DNA from: Octopus sinensis
Taxonomy: Eukaryota
Length of the DNA stretch: 64,000 nt
Reading direction: 5' to 3'
NCBI RefSeq assembly: GCF_006345805.1
Contig: NC_043001.1
Coordinates: 14,880,001 to 14,944,000, forward strand
In this document: piece after piece, positions 25,939-37,839 of the stretch
How positions within the stretch are numbered: the stretch's first letter is position 1
Layout: each line of letters begins with the position of its first letter
Made by a program: the position numbers and the translations under genes
The notes under the pieces: generated by a model
Seen by the model: only the letters and a program-made list of their open reading frames with translations
The model's database searches: none
Told to the model about the DNA's origin: nothing

Positions 25939-26105
25939 GGCATAGGAGTGGCTGTTGGTAAGTAACTTGCTTACCAACCACATAGTTCCGGGTTCAGTCC
26001 CACTGCATGGCACCTTGGGCAAGTGTCTTCTACTATAGCCTCGGGCTGACCAAAGCCTTGTGAGTGGATTTGGTAGACGGAAACTGAAAGAAGCCCATCG
26101 TATAT

Positions 26106-26164
<59 letters not shown>

Positions 26165-26196
26165 TATATATATGTGTGTGTATATATATATATTTC

Positions 26197-26227
<31 letters not shown>
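25939..26227 (+). mobile_element. SINE S1, 5' half (split by the Helitron)
   Basis: Head through aagaagcccatcg then (TA)n up to the Helitron 5' end. Confidence 0.85.
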
Positions 26228-26228
<1 letters not shown>

Positions 26229-27381
26229 CTCTATATATAAACGGCAGTTTGTCTGTGCGTGTTTCTGTGTGTCTGTTTTCTCGTACCCTCCACCCTGACC
26301 ACGGCTTTCAACGATTCTGATGAAACTTGACACACACATAGCCCAATGTCATAATTCAAAACTAACGCAGCGAAAATTTTGAAAAGTTCCCCCAGTTCTG
26401 AAAAAAATTGATAAATTCGACATGGGGTCGAGAATCATAAACATGAACCACAGACTGTCTAGGGGACGCAACTCGAGAATCTAAGCTTTTTTTATGCAAC
26501 GCATTATCTATGGTAGTTTTCACAACTTGCAATCGATTTTCACCAAACTCATGGTGAAGCTTAATGTTACCCTAACCTAAGAAACTCAATTCTGACGTTA
26601 GTTTTCCATGCAATACCTTACCATCAGAAAATCAAATAAAATCATGCCATTTTGGGAATCGCGTTCAAATTCAAGATGACATATTTTCGACAATATCTTT
26701 CACAAATTGGCAGGAATCTTTTTTTTTTTCACAACGAGCATCATGTCTGCTCCAAGGAGCTATATAGCCCTTTTTATTCCAATAGGATACATTATTGGAA
26801 AAAATCGGTTAATTTAATCATATGTGGCACACATAGCAAACAAATTTGTGTATTAAACACAAACCAGACTGTCTAGGGGACGCAACTTGACCTTTTAGCT
26901 ATCGATAATTCGATCCAACCAATTCCTACCAGGAAGAAATTACATTCGAGACTTTACCCCAACACCGCCACTTCTGCTAATAGCTGCTGCAGCCGCAAGT
27001 TATTCGAATACTTTTGTTTAAACTTTCTTTATAACTACCACCCCAAACGTTTTACCTTCAATTTTTGACGTACCCTAACGGTCCTCGGACGCTACTTGCA
27101 AACTCTTGGTTTATTATAAACCACTTTTGTCGTGTGCATCAAAAAAACTTTTCCTTTCGTTTGTTCAGTTTGATCACTTTTGACTTTTTCGTTGTTGTCA
27201 CTCACATTGCTGCCAGCTTTTTGGCCGTTTTTGTACTTTTTATACATTTTCGATACTTACTACCACCCAGCTCCTTTTTATTACACCTTTACCAAACACA
27301 TTGCTATCCACCAAAATACTTACCCCCGTGTGTTCCTTTTTATTACACTTACCTTTGCCAAACACATTGCTATCCACCAAA

Positions 27382-30300
27382 ATGCCACCCAAGAAGAGAA
27401 GGACCCTCCTCAGCCCTCGGACGGCCAAGGCATCGGCTGCTAGGGCTAGAAGGGCACGCGAGACCCACGAGGAAACCGCCTTGCGCCTCTCGCAAACAGC
27501 TTCCCGTTATGCCGCTGCTCAGGCATCTGAAACTACTAGCGACCGTTCTACCCGACTTGCAAGGGTCGCAGCGTACAGATCTTCCCTCCGCTCGAGGTTG
27601 ACGAAAGAGCAACAGTCCAGCCAAAACATGCGGGCTTCTTACTGTGCTTCCATCCGCAGAGCTCGCGAGAACCCCGAACAAAGGGCCATTCGGAATGCGG
27701 CTAACGCCACTAGCACCGCCAGGACACGATCTGTCGAAACCTCACAGCAGAGGAGAACTCGCCAAGATGCTGACGCCGCAAACAAAGCCATGGCCAAAGC
27801 TGCCGAAACACCTCAACAGAGGAGAGCTCGCCAAGCTGCTAACGCCGCAAACACAGCCAGGGCTCGATCTGCCGAAACTCCACACCAACGGACTATTCGG
27901 ACATCCAGACATGCCATTAACACTGCTTCTGCTAGGGCTTCAGAGGGTGCTGAGGCGAGAGCTGAAAGGCTTTCAAGGGATGCCACTGCTACCGCTGTCG
28001 CACGTGCATCTGAATCTGCTGAGGCACGGTGCACTCGACTTGAGAGTATCAACAAACGTCGGGATATCATTCGTGGTGTACGTACCCCTGCCCCCGCTTT
28101 CTGGTTGTCACTAGCATTCAACTACGACGCCACAATTAACTTCTCCTTGCGTGACGACATCAAGATAGGGTCAATGACAATTGTATGCCAGTTTTGCAAA
28201 GCCAAGAAATGGCCCGGAGAGCCACCTGGTTTGTGCTGCTCTGGTGGCAAAGTGGACCTGCCACCCCTACGGGAACCACCTCAACCACTGAAGGATCTCG
28301 CGGCGGGTTTAACCCCCGATTCGTCACAATTCCTTGAAATAATTCGAAAGTACAACTGCTCATTCCAAATGACCTCTTTCGGGGCCAAAATTCCTCCCAG
28401 AGAAGGCTGGATGCCTACTTTCAAAGTGCAGGGACAGGTCTACCATCTTATTGGGTCACTTCTGCCAGACGAGATTCAGCAGTCTTCTTTCCTCCAAATA
28501 TACTTCATTGCCGACTACAACCACCAGGTTGATGCACGCCTTGGAATAATACCGGGTACAAGCTATGTTCCCCGCAAAGACATTCTTCTCCGTCTCCAAA
28601 CCATGCTTCATGATATCAACAGCTACGTCTGCAGCTTCAGATATGCCTTGGACAGTGCTCCATCTCCAAACTTCACCGTTGTCATTGATGCTGATAAACG
28701 ACCCCACGGGGAGCACGAACGCCGTTTCAACGCACCTGCGTGCAACGAAATTGCCGCAGTCATACACGGAGAGCAACACAACAGCCGTGACATAATCATC
28801 TCCTCCCGTGGTAACAACCTACACAGGATCAGCGAGACTCACAGATCTTATGACGCGCTTCAGTATCCATTGCTTTTCCCTTATGGGGAAGACGGCTACC
28901 ACTTCGGAATTCCTTTACGGCAGCCCTCCAATCAAACTACTGCGGCATCAAAGACGGTTTCCTGCAGGGCGTTCTACTCATACCGGTTCATGGTCAGGGA
29001 GGGTGAGTTCAACTTATTGCCCGTTGTCGTCAGCTATTCAACCAGTTCGCCGTCGACATGGCCGCAAAAATGGAATCGGAAAGGCTGCTATACATTAAAC
29101 TTAATCAGACCAAACTTCGCTCCGACTCCTACATTCATCTCCGTGACGGTTTGCAACAAGAAAATGACCCTCGCAACATCGGCAAGCCATGCATTCTACC
29201 CTCCACCTTCACGGGAGGACCGCGATATATGCGTGAAAGGACCCAAGACGCCTTGACCTACGTGCGCATTTACGGCCGGCCGGACCTCTTTATCACCTAC
29301 ACGTGCAATCCCAGCTGCGACGAAATCACTCGCGAACTCCTCCCGGGTCAATCTCACACCCATCGACACGACATCGTTGCTAGGGTTTTCCGTCTGAATT
29401 TGGGCAAAATGAAGGATTGATAGTTAAGGGTCAGATTTTCGGGCATGTCAGGTGCCACATGTTTTCGGTCGAGTGGCAAAAGAGGGGCTTGCCACATGCT
29501 CACATCTTAATTTGGCTCACTCATAAAATCGAGACTAATGACATTGACAAATTCATTTCCGCCGAGATTCCTGACCCCGATGAGGACCCCGGACTCTACG
29601 AAATTGTCCGCACTACCATGGTACACGGGCCCTGTGGACCAAATTACGCCAACACACCATGCTACAAAAACGGATTAGCCTGCTCAAAGGATTCCCTAAA
29701 CGGTTCACTTTGGAGACTCAAACAGGCGGCGATGGGTATCCGCTGTACAAACGAAGGAGTCCAGCCAATGGAGGCCGCACGATTACGGTTGGGCGACATC
29801 AAGTGGACAACAGCTACATTGTCCCCTACTGTCCTCTCCTGTCGAAGATATTCAAAGCCCACGTCAACGTTGAGTTCTGCAGCTCCATCAGGTCAATACA
29901 ATATGTCTGCAAATATATCAACAAAGGCAGCGATGCTGCCATGTTCAGCATCCAGAGGACCACCAGTCGCGACGAAGTGTCCAACTACTTGGCTGGCCGG
30001 TACCTCAGCAGCAACGAAGCGTTTTGGCGCATTTACGGCTTCCCGCTCCATCAGAGACACCCGGCTGTGGTGCAGCTTGCTGTACACTTGGAAAATGGAC
30101 AGCGGATTTACTTCACAGAGCAAAGTGCTGTGCAGATAGCCACCAGCCCTAAAGACACAACGTTGACTGGTTTCTTCAAATTATGCCAACGTGATGACTT
30201 CGCTCGAACGCTTTTGTACCCACAGGTCCCATCGTACTTCGTGTGGTCTAAAAACACCTGGGTTCGACGGAAATCCGGCAAAAACGTCGAAAGCTTCCCA

Positions 30301-32244
30301 GGCGTCAAGTTTGACTCCTGCCTGGGTCGAGTTTACAACATCCCGCCAAACCAGCAAGAATGCTTCTACCTCCGTCTCCTTCTACATGAGGTCACTGGTC
30401 CAACAGGTTTCGCCAATATACGTACCGTCAATGGGGTTCTGTGCGACACCTTCAGGGAAGCATGTATGAGACTTGGCCTTCTAGAGGATGACTCCCAGTG
30501 GGACGCCACGATGGCAGAGGGTGCTTTACTGCAAACGCATTCGGCCCTACGACATCTTTTCGCAATCCTTCTTCAAAAATGTCAGCTTAGTGATCCACTA
30601 AGTCTCTGGATGAAATACAGGGATGACATGTCGCACGACTTCTTACGTACGGCTCAGCAACACTGCCCTTCCGCCGAGATCACGTTCACCAACTTCATTT
30701 ACAATTTTGCGCTCATTCAACTCGAAGACGCTGTCATCGATATGGGTGGGTCTGCTTTAACAGAGTACGGCCTTCCACCACCCCACACGTGAACACGCCA
30801 ATGTTATGTCTGCTGAATTGTTACGCGAAACTTCCTACTGCATTGAGGAACTGCACCAGTACGTCCAAGATAATGAACCACGGCTGCTTCCAGACCAGCG
30901 CATAGCCTACAACACCATCGTAGACTCTGTCAGACAGCAACGTGGGGGATTTTCTTCCTTGATGCACCCGGCGGCACTGGCAAAACCTTCGTCACTAAAC
31001 TAATTCTGGCAGAGGTCAGACGCAACACGGACATTGCCCTGGCTGTAGCTTCCTCTGGTATCGCGGCCACGTTGCTTCCGGGCAGAACCGCCCACTCTGC
31101 CTTCAGACTCCCGCTCGATCTGGCAAAGTCCGAGTCACCTATCTGCAACATCGCCAAGAACTCAGAACAGGCCGACATTCTGCGCAGATGCAAACTCATC
31201 GTATGGGACGAGTGCACTATGGCACACAAAGGCGCCCTTGAGGCACTGGACAGGTCCCTGCAAGACATCAGAGACTCTACGGCCCCCATGGGAGGATTAA
31301 CTTTACTTCTTTCAGGAGACTTCAGGCAGACTCTACCTGTTATTTCAAAAGGAACCCGTGCCGATGCCGTGCGCGCGTGCCTTAAGTCGTCAGCTCTTTG
31401 GGCACATGTGCGGCCCTTGCACCTCCAAACTAACATGCGCGCGCAGTTAATTGGTGACAGCGGATCCGCTGCATTCTCCAGGGACCTCTTATCGCTCGGT
31501 GAAAATAGGATGCTGTCTGATGCGGATGGCTACGTTCAATTGGACTCACTTTGCACCATTGTCGACACCCCTGCTAGCCTCCGGGACGCTGTCTTCCACG
31601 ACCTACAAAACAATTTACGCGACCTAAAATGGCTGGCAGGCAGAGCTATTCTCGCACCCAAAAATACAACCGTCAACTCCATCAATATCCAGCTACTTGA
31701 AGCTATTCCTGGTGATGTCCACGTCTACAAATCTATAGATAGGACAGCAGACCCCGCCCAGCTTGCCGATTATCCTGTTGAATTCCTGAATTCACTTGAA
31801 CCGCCAGGCCTGCCACCACACATCCTGAAGTTAAAAGTCGGTGCGCCCATTATGCTCATCAGGAATTTGGTTCCACCTAAACAGTGCAACGGCACACGTT
31901 TGGTTGTGAAACATTTGGCACCACATTAATAACGGCCACAATACTTACCGGTTGTGGGAAGGAGAGGACGTCTTCATTCCACGGATGCACCTTCAACCGT
32001 CGGGCGCTGACCTACCAATCCACTTCAGGCGTTCTCAGTTTCCTGTTAAACTCTGCTTCGCAATGTCCATCAATAAATCCCAAGGCCAAACGCTACAAGT
32101 CGCTGGGTTACATTTGGGCGAACAGTGCTTCGCCCACGGTCAACTCTACGTGGGCTGTTCACGCGTTGGGAGGCGCAATGATGTTTTCATGTTTTCGCCC
32201 AACGGACAGCTAGGAACATCGTATATACAGAAGTATTCCAGTGA
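27382..32244 (+). CDS. Helitron Rep/helicase (STPR-like repeats, zinc finger, HUH-Y2 Rep, PIF1-like SF1 helicase); eight single-base frameshifts as assembled
   Basis: CQFC..CC zinc finger; PDLFITYTCNP; VEWQKRGLPHAHILIW (HUH); YVCKYINKG; DAPGGTGKT; LIVWDE; GDFRQTLPV; FAMSINKSQGQT; GQLYVGCSRV; NIVYTEVFQ*. Confidence 0.9.
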
Positions 32245-32338
32245 AGACAAGACATTGCAACGTCCACATGCACCTTCGTTCCCTGGAGGGAAAGGACTAC
32301 ATTGGGATTAGTCGTTGCCTACTAGGGGCTCTTACATA

Positions 32339-32366
32339 CCCGGGCAACGCCGGGCTATGCTGCTAG
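32339..32366 (+). terminator. Helitron 3' subterminal hairpin and CTAG end
   Basis: cccgggcaacgccggg stem-loop 8 nt upstream of CTAG. Confidence 0.9.
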
Positions 32367-32700
32367 TTATATAATATATATGTATATATATATATGTATA
32401 TATATATATGTATATATATATATATGTATATATATGTATATATATATATATATGTATATATATATGTATGTATGTATGTATATATGTATGTGTGTGTATA
32501 CATTTGTGTGTCTGTGTTTGTCCCCCCCAACATCGCTTGACAATCAATGCAGGTGTGTTTACGTCACCGTAACTTAGCATTTCGTCAAAAGAGACCGATA
32601 GAATAAGTACTAGGCTTACAAAGAATAAGTCCTGGGCTCGACGTGCTCAACTAAAAAAAGGTAGTGACTGAAACAAGTAAAAGAGTCAAAGAGTAAAAGA
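32367..32700 (+). mobile_element. SINE S1, 3' half (split by the Helitron)
   Basis: (TA)n, gtttgtcccccccaacatcgcttgac... tail to gtaaaagag. Confidence 0.85.
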
Positions 32701-32706
32701 CATACA

Positions 32707-33600
32707 TGAAGTATGATCAATAAGTATCCGGACTGTTGCTATAATAACGAAGGTAAAGCACATAGAGTAAAGCCGCTTGGTACAGATTGACCTTGAACTC
32801 TACTGTGCATGCACACTAAATTTTAACATCGTAGCTCACTTCTGCTGTTTAGAGCAGTGCTTGGAAGGAAGGTGTGTAGTATGTGATCATTGCATTGACC
32901 ATGAAAGAGAAAGTTGTCATGGTGATACTTGCTCAGAGGTCTATGCAAAGTTGCATGAAGTGTATGAAGAGGAGTGTATGAGCCACACACAAATGTATGA
33001 GTAATTCAGACGTTTCCAAGATGGACAAAAAAATGTTGATAGTAACAGGTGTTCTGAGAGACCTGCAACCAGCTGGACTGAGACAAACATCGCAGATGTG
33101 CATGCAGCTGTGAGGGGAGATCGTCAAATCATCATCTGTGAGTTATCAGAGGATGTGCAGATTAGTTACGGTTGAGTTCAGTTCATTATCACTGAAGATA
33201 TGAATATGAGACGCGTGTCTGTCACGTATGTGCCAAAACTGCTTTCAGCTGATCAAAAGGACACTCGGATTTTAGAAGCACAAGAACTCCTTGCTTGTGT
33301 CGAGAAAGATGAAAACGTTTTGAAAACTTTGCACAGGCCTCTGAGCAGGTATCGCCAAGCTTTTGGCAAAATTTGATGCTGATTCTCTGCTCCCCTTTTC
33401 TGTCAAGATCAATGTGATGATCCCATGCTACACACCTTCCTTCCAAGCACTGCTGTAAATAGCAGAAGTGAGCTAGAATGCTAAAACTTCATGCACATGC
33501 ACAGCAGAGTTCGTGGTCAATCTGTACCAATCGGCTTCACTCTACATGCTTTAGCTTCATTACTATAGCAACAGTCCAGATACTTATTGATCAAACCACA
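32707..33600. mobile_element. Fold-back mariner derivative made of two inverted 5' ends
   Basis: TIR ...tgatcaataagtatc(c/t)ggactg at both ends; HTH-region peptide DTCSEVYAKL...YVPKLLSADQK on +; its first 250 bp recur inverted at about 33323-33600. Confidence 0.85.
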
Positions 33601-33754
33601 TACGTATGTACTTAAATGCACGTTTTTGTTTTTGTGTAAACTGGAATGTGAATAGTAATTAAGCGAGAATTTAGCATTAATGAAGGTTGGTGAGTGGAGC
33701 GTTGGAATGCAGATATAAATGCAGAAGATATTTAGTTTCATTATTATATATTTG

Positions 33755-34142
33755 GCATTTTCTTGTCGCTATGTTCTGAATTCAAATTCCACCAAAGTTG
33801 ACTTTGCCTTTCATCTTTCGGGGTTGATAAATTAAGTACCAGTGAAACACTGGGGTCAATGTAATTGACTAGTCTCCTCTCGCAAAATTTCAGGATTTGT
33901 GCCATAATAGAAAAGATTATCATACATTCGGTAAAAGTGGCGAGCTGGCAGAATCATTACCATGCTGGGCGAAATACTTAGTGTTTAAGTTCTTCTGAAT
34001 TCAAATTCTGCCGAGGTCGACTTTGCTTTTTGTCATTTTGGGATTGATTAACCAAGTACCAGCTGAGCACTGGGTGGGGTTGATGTAATCGACTTAACCC
34101 CTCCCCAGAAATTGCTGGCCTGGTGCCAAAATTTGAAACCTT
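33755..34142 (+). mobile_element. Two tandem S2 SINEs
   Basis: S2 core at about 33795 and 34015. Confidence 0.75.
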
Positions 34143-34374
34143 TATTGTATATATTCGGTATTCTTCTCTTGCCTAACCTAATTGCGCTTGTCAACATTTC
34201 CACTATATCAGAGAGAATTTAAATAATTATGTACATTTTATAGACACATCAGGACTTGCATCAGAGTCAGAAATTGCCTTCAGAAATATGTTGTCAATAA
34301 TCACTCTGTCTTTAGAACGACTTGTCCGGATTCCTACGAACAACTTCTGTTAATTCTTCACTTTGTACATCAGG

Positions 34375-34560
34375 AAAGCACTTGGCCTAATGCATAGAGT
34401 GTTGAACTCATGAGCTTGTGATCATGGTTTCAATTCCCAGTATGTTGCGTCCTTCAACAAAGCACTTCATTTCACATTGCTCTGGGACCAATTCCACATC
34501 TGGCGTGTGGTACGCCATGTACTTGTGCAGGGAATATTGACTTGATGAAGGAAGTGCACT
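34375..34560 (+). mobile_element. Diverged S4-like SINE
   Basis: tRNA-like head then aaagcacttcatttcacattgctc. Confidence 0.5.
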
Positions 34561-34577
34561 TATATGCAACACAAATA

Positions 34578-34710
34578 TAGTGATACCTCGCAGTACATGT
34601 TTAATTTGTTCCATGACTGAGCTTGTCTTACTATTTACGATGTTTTACAAATAAATTTCCCCCATTGAAATTAATTAAGATATAATTAATCCGTTCCAAG
34701 CCTCTCAAAA
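34578..34710. mobile_element. Possible pogo/Tigger-like MITE end
   Basis: tagtgatacctcgcagtac..tttaatttgttcc and ttccccattgaaattaat..aattaatccgttcc resemble Tigger-type ends (recalled); partner TIR not found. Confidence 0.35.
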
Positions 34711-34976
34711 ATACTCGAGAATAATTTTTCATGGGTTTTAAAACAGAAGAGGTGTAGTTACAAGTAAAAGGACAATTACAAAACAGAGAAGGCAAAAGGA
34801 ATATGTAAACTGGTTTTATAAACTGAATTACCTTAAAGATGGAATGATTTGTATGCTTGTAATGTTGTTTGTTCATATGTATGTATGTATATGCAAATTT
34901 GTATGTCTTATGCATGTATTCTCATGCATATAGTTGCATATCTAGACATGCTCACATATATTTAAATGATAAACTT

Positions 34977-35192
34977 ATTCTTTACTCTTTTACTTGTTTC
35001 AGTCATGTGACTGTGGCCATGCTGGAGCACTGCCTTTAGTCGAGCAAATCCACCACAGGACTTATTCTTTGTATGCCTAGTACTTATTCTATCAGTCTCT
35101 TTTGCCGAACTGCTAAGTTACGGGGACGTAAACACACCAGCATCGGTTGTCAAACGATGTTGGGGGGGGGACAAACCCAGACACACAAACAT
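34977..35192 (-). mobile_element. SINE S1, 3' half (split by the RTE LINE)
   Basis: S1 tail in reverse ending gacaaacccagacacacaaacat. Confidence 0.85.
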
Positions 35193-36459
35193 CATCATCA
35201 TCATCATCATCATTTAGCGTCCGTTTTCCATGCTAGCATGGGTTGGACGGTTCAACTGGGGTCTGGGGAGCCCGAAGGCTGCACCAGGCCAGTCAGATCT
35301 GGCAGTGTTTCTACAGCTGGATGCCCTTCCTAACGCCAACCACTCCGAGAGTGTAGTGGGTGATTTTATGTGCCACCGACACAGGTGCCAGACGAGGCTG
35401 GCGAACGGCCACGCTCGGATGGTGTTTTTATGTGCCACCGACACAGGTGCCAGACGAGGCTGGCAGACGGCCACGCTCGGATGGTTTGTTATGTGCCACC
35501 GACACAGGTGCCAGATGAGGCTGGCGGACGGCCACGATCGGATGGTGTTTGTTACGTCCCCAAAGCACGGAGGCCAGTCTATGGGTACCACTGGTACCAA
35601 CAAAGATACAAATTCCATTGATGTTCATCTATTTTGATTTGTTTGATTTGATTTGATTTTCACTTGCCTCAACGGTCTTCACACAAGTGTCACAAAAGGA
35701 AGGTATGCACAGGTGGACTGACTACGTCCCAGGTAGGGGCCACGGGTTATGGCCTGACTAGTCTTGCCGGGTCTTCGGATGGTGTTTTTATGTGCCACCG
35801 ACACAGGTGCCAGATGAGGCTGGCGAACGGCCACGATCGGATGGTGTTTGTTGCGTGCCCACAGCATGGAGGCCAGTCGATGCGGTACTGGCTACGGCCA
35901 CGTTCGGATGGTTTTCTTGTGTGCCACCGGCACTGGTACCACAAAGATACAAATTCCATTGATGTTCATCTATTTTGATTTGATTTGATTTGATTTTCAC
36001 TTGCCTCAACAGGTCTTCACAGGTCTTCACAAGTGTCACAAGAAGGAAGGAAGGTATGCACAGGTGGACTGACTACGTCCCAAGTAGGGGCCACGGGTTA
36101 TGGCCTGACTAGTACTGGTACCACAAAGATACAAATTCCATTGATGTTCATCTATTTTGATTTGGTTTGATTTGATTTGATTTGATTTTGATTTTGATTT
36201 TGATTTTCACTTGCCTCAACAGGTCTACACAAGTGTCATAAGTAGGAAGGTTTTTATGTGCCACCGACACAGGTGCCAGATGTGGCTGGCGAGCGGCCAC
36301 GATCGGATGGTGTTTGTTGCGTGCCCACAGCATGGAGGCCAGTCGATGCGGTACTGGCTACGGCCACGTTCGGATGGTTTTCTTGTGTGCCACCGGTACT
36401 GGAACCACAAAGATACAAATTCCATTGATGTTCATCTATTTTGATTTGGTTTGATTTTC

Positions 36460-36725
36460 ACTTGCCTCAACAGGTCTTCACAAGTGTCACACGTGTCACA
36501 CACTTGCCTCAACAGGTCTCCACAAGTGTCACACACTTGCCTCTGCCTCAACAGGTCTTCACAAAGTGCCACACACTTGCCCCTGCCTCAACAGGTCTCC
36601 ACAAGTGTCACACACTTGCCTCTGCCTCAACAGGTCTTCACAAAGTGCCACACACTTGCCCCTGCCTCAACAGGTCTCCACAAGTGTCACACACTTGCCT
36701 CAACAGGTCTTCACAAGTGTCATAA
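36460..36725. repeat. 33/39-bp tandem array inside the RTE 3' UTR
   Basis: Unit cacacttgcc[c/t]ctgcctcaacaggtct[t/c]caca[a]agtg[t/c]. Confidence 0.9.
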
Positions 36726-36989
36726 GAGGGAAGGTATGCACAGGTGGACTGACTACGTCGCCGGGTCTTCGGATGGTGTTTTTATGTGCCACCGACACAG
36801 GTGCCAGATGAGGCTGGCAGACGGCCACGATCAGATGGTGTTTGTTGTGCCCACAGCACGGAGGCCAGTCGATGCGGTACTGGCTACGGCCACGTTCGGA
36901 TGGTTTTCTTGTGTGCCACCGGTACTGGAACCACAAAGATACAAATTCCATTGATGTTCATCTATTTTGATTTGGTTTGATTTGATTTT

Positions 36990-37475
36990 CACTTGCCTCA
37001 ACAGGTCTTCACAAGGGTCACACACTTGCCTCAACAGGTCTCCACAAGTGTCACACACTTGCCTCTGCCTCAACAGGTCTTCACAAAGTGCCACACACTT
37101 GCCCCTGCCTCAACAGGTCTTCACAAAGTGCCACACACTTGCCCCTGCCTCAACAGGTCTCCACAAGTGTCACACACTTGCCTCTGCCTCAACAGGTCTT
37201 CACAAAGTGCCACACACTTGCCCCTGCCTCAACAGGTCTTCACAAAGTGCCACACACTTGCCCCTGCCTCAACAGGTCTCCACAAGTGTCACACACTTGC
37301 CTCTGCCTCAACAGGTCTTCACAAAGTGCCACACACTTGCCCCTGCCTCAACAGGTCTTCACAAGGGTCACACACTTGCCTCAACAGGTCTCCACAAGTG
37401 TCACACACTTGCCCCTGCCTCAACAGGTCTTCACAAGTGTCACACACTTGCCTCAACAGGTCTTCACAAGTGTCA
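36990..37475. repeat. Second, longer 33/39-bp tandem array inside the RTE 3' UTR
   Basis: Same unit, about 12 copies. Confidence 0.9.
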
Positions 37476-37839
37476 TAAGAGGGAAGGTATGCACAGGTGG
37501 ACTGACTACGTCGCCGGGTCTTCGGATGGTGTCTTTATGTGCCACCGGCACAGGTGCCAGATGAGGCTGGCGAACGGCCACGATCGGATGGTGTTTGTTG
37601 TGCCCACAGCACGGAGGCCAGTCGATGCGGTACTGGCTACGGCCACGTTTGGGTGGTTTTCTTGTGTGCCACCGGCACTGGTACCACAAAGAATACAATT
37701 CCACTGATGTTCATCTATTTTGATTTGTTTTGATTTGATTTTCACTTGCCTCAACAGGTCTTCATAAGTGTCACAAGAAGGAAGGTATGCACAGGAGGAC
37801 TGACTACGTCCCAGGTAGGGGCCACGGGTTATGGCCTGA

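Larger units (their letters stand above)
26228..32366 (+). mobile_element. Full-length autonomous-type Helitron (6139 bp)
   Basis: A|TC at 26228, CTAG|T at 32363-32367, GC-rich hairpin 32339-32354, RepHel ORF, SINE halves on both sides. Confidence 0.95.
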
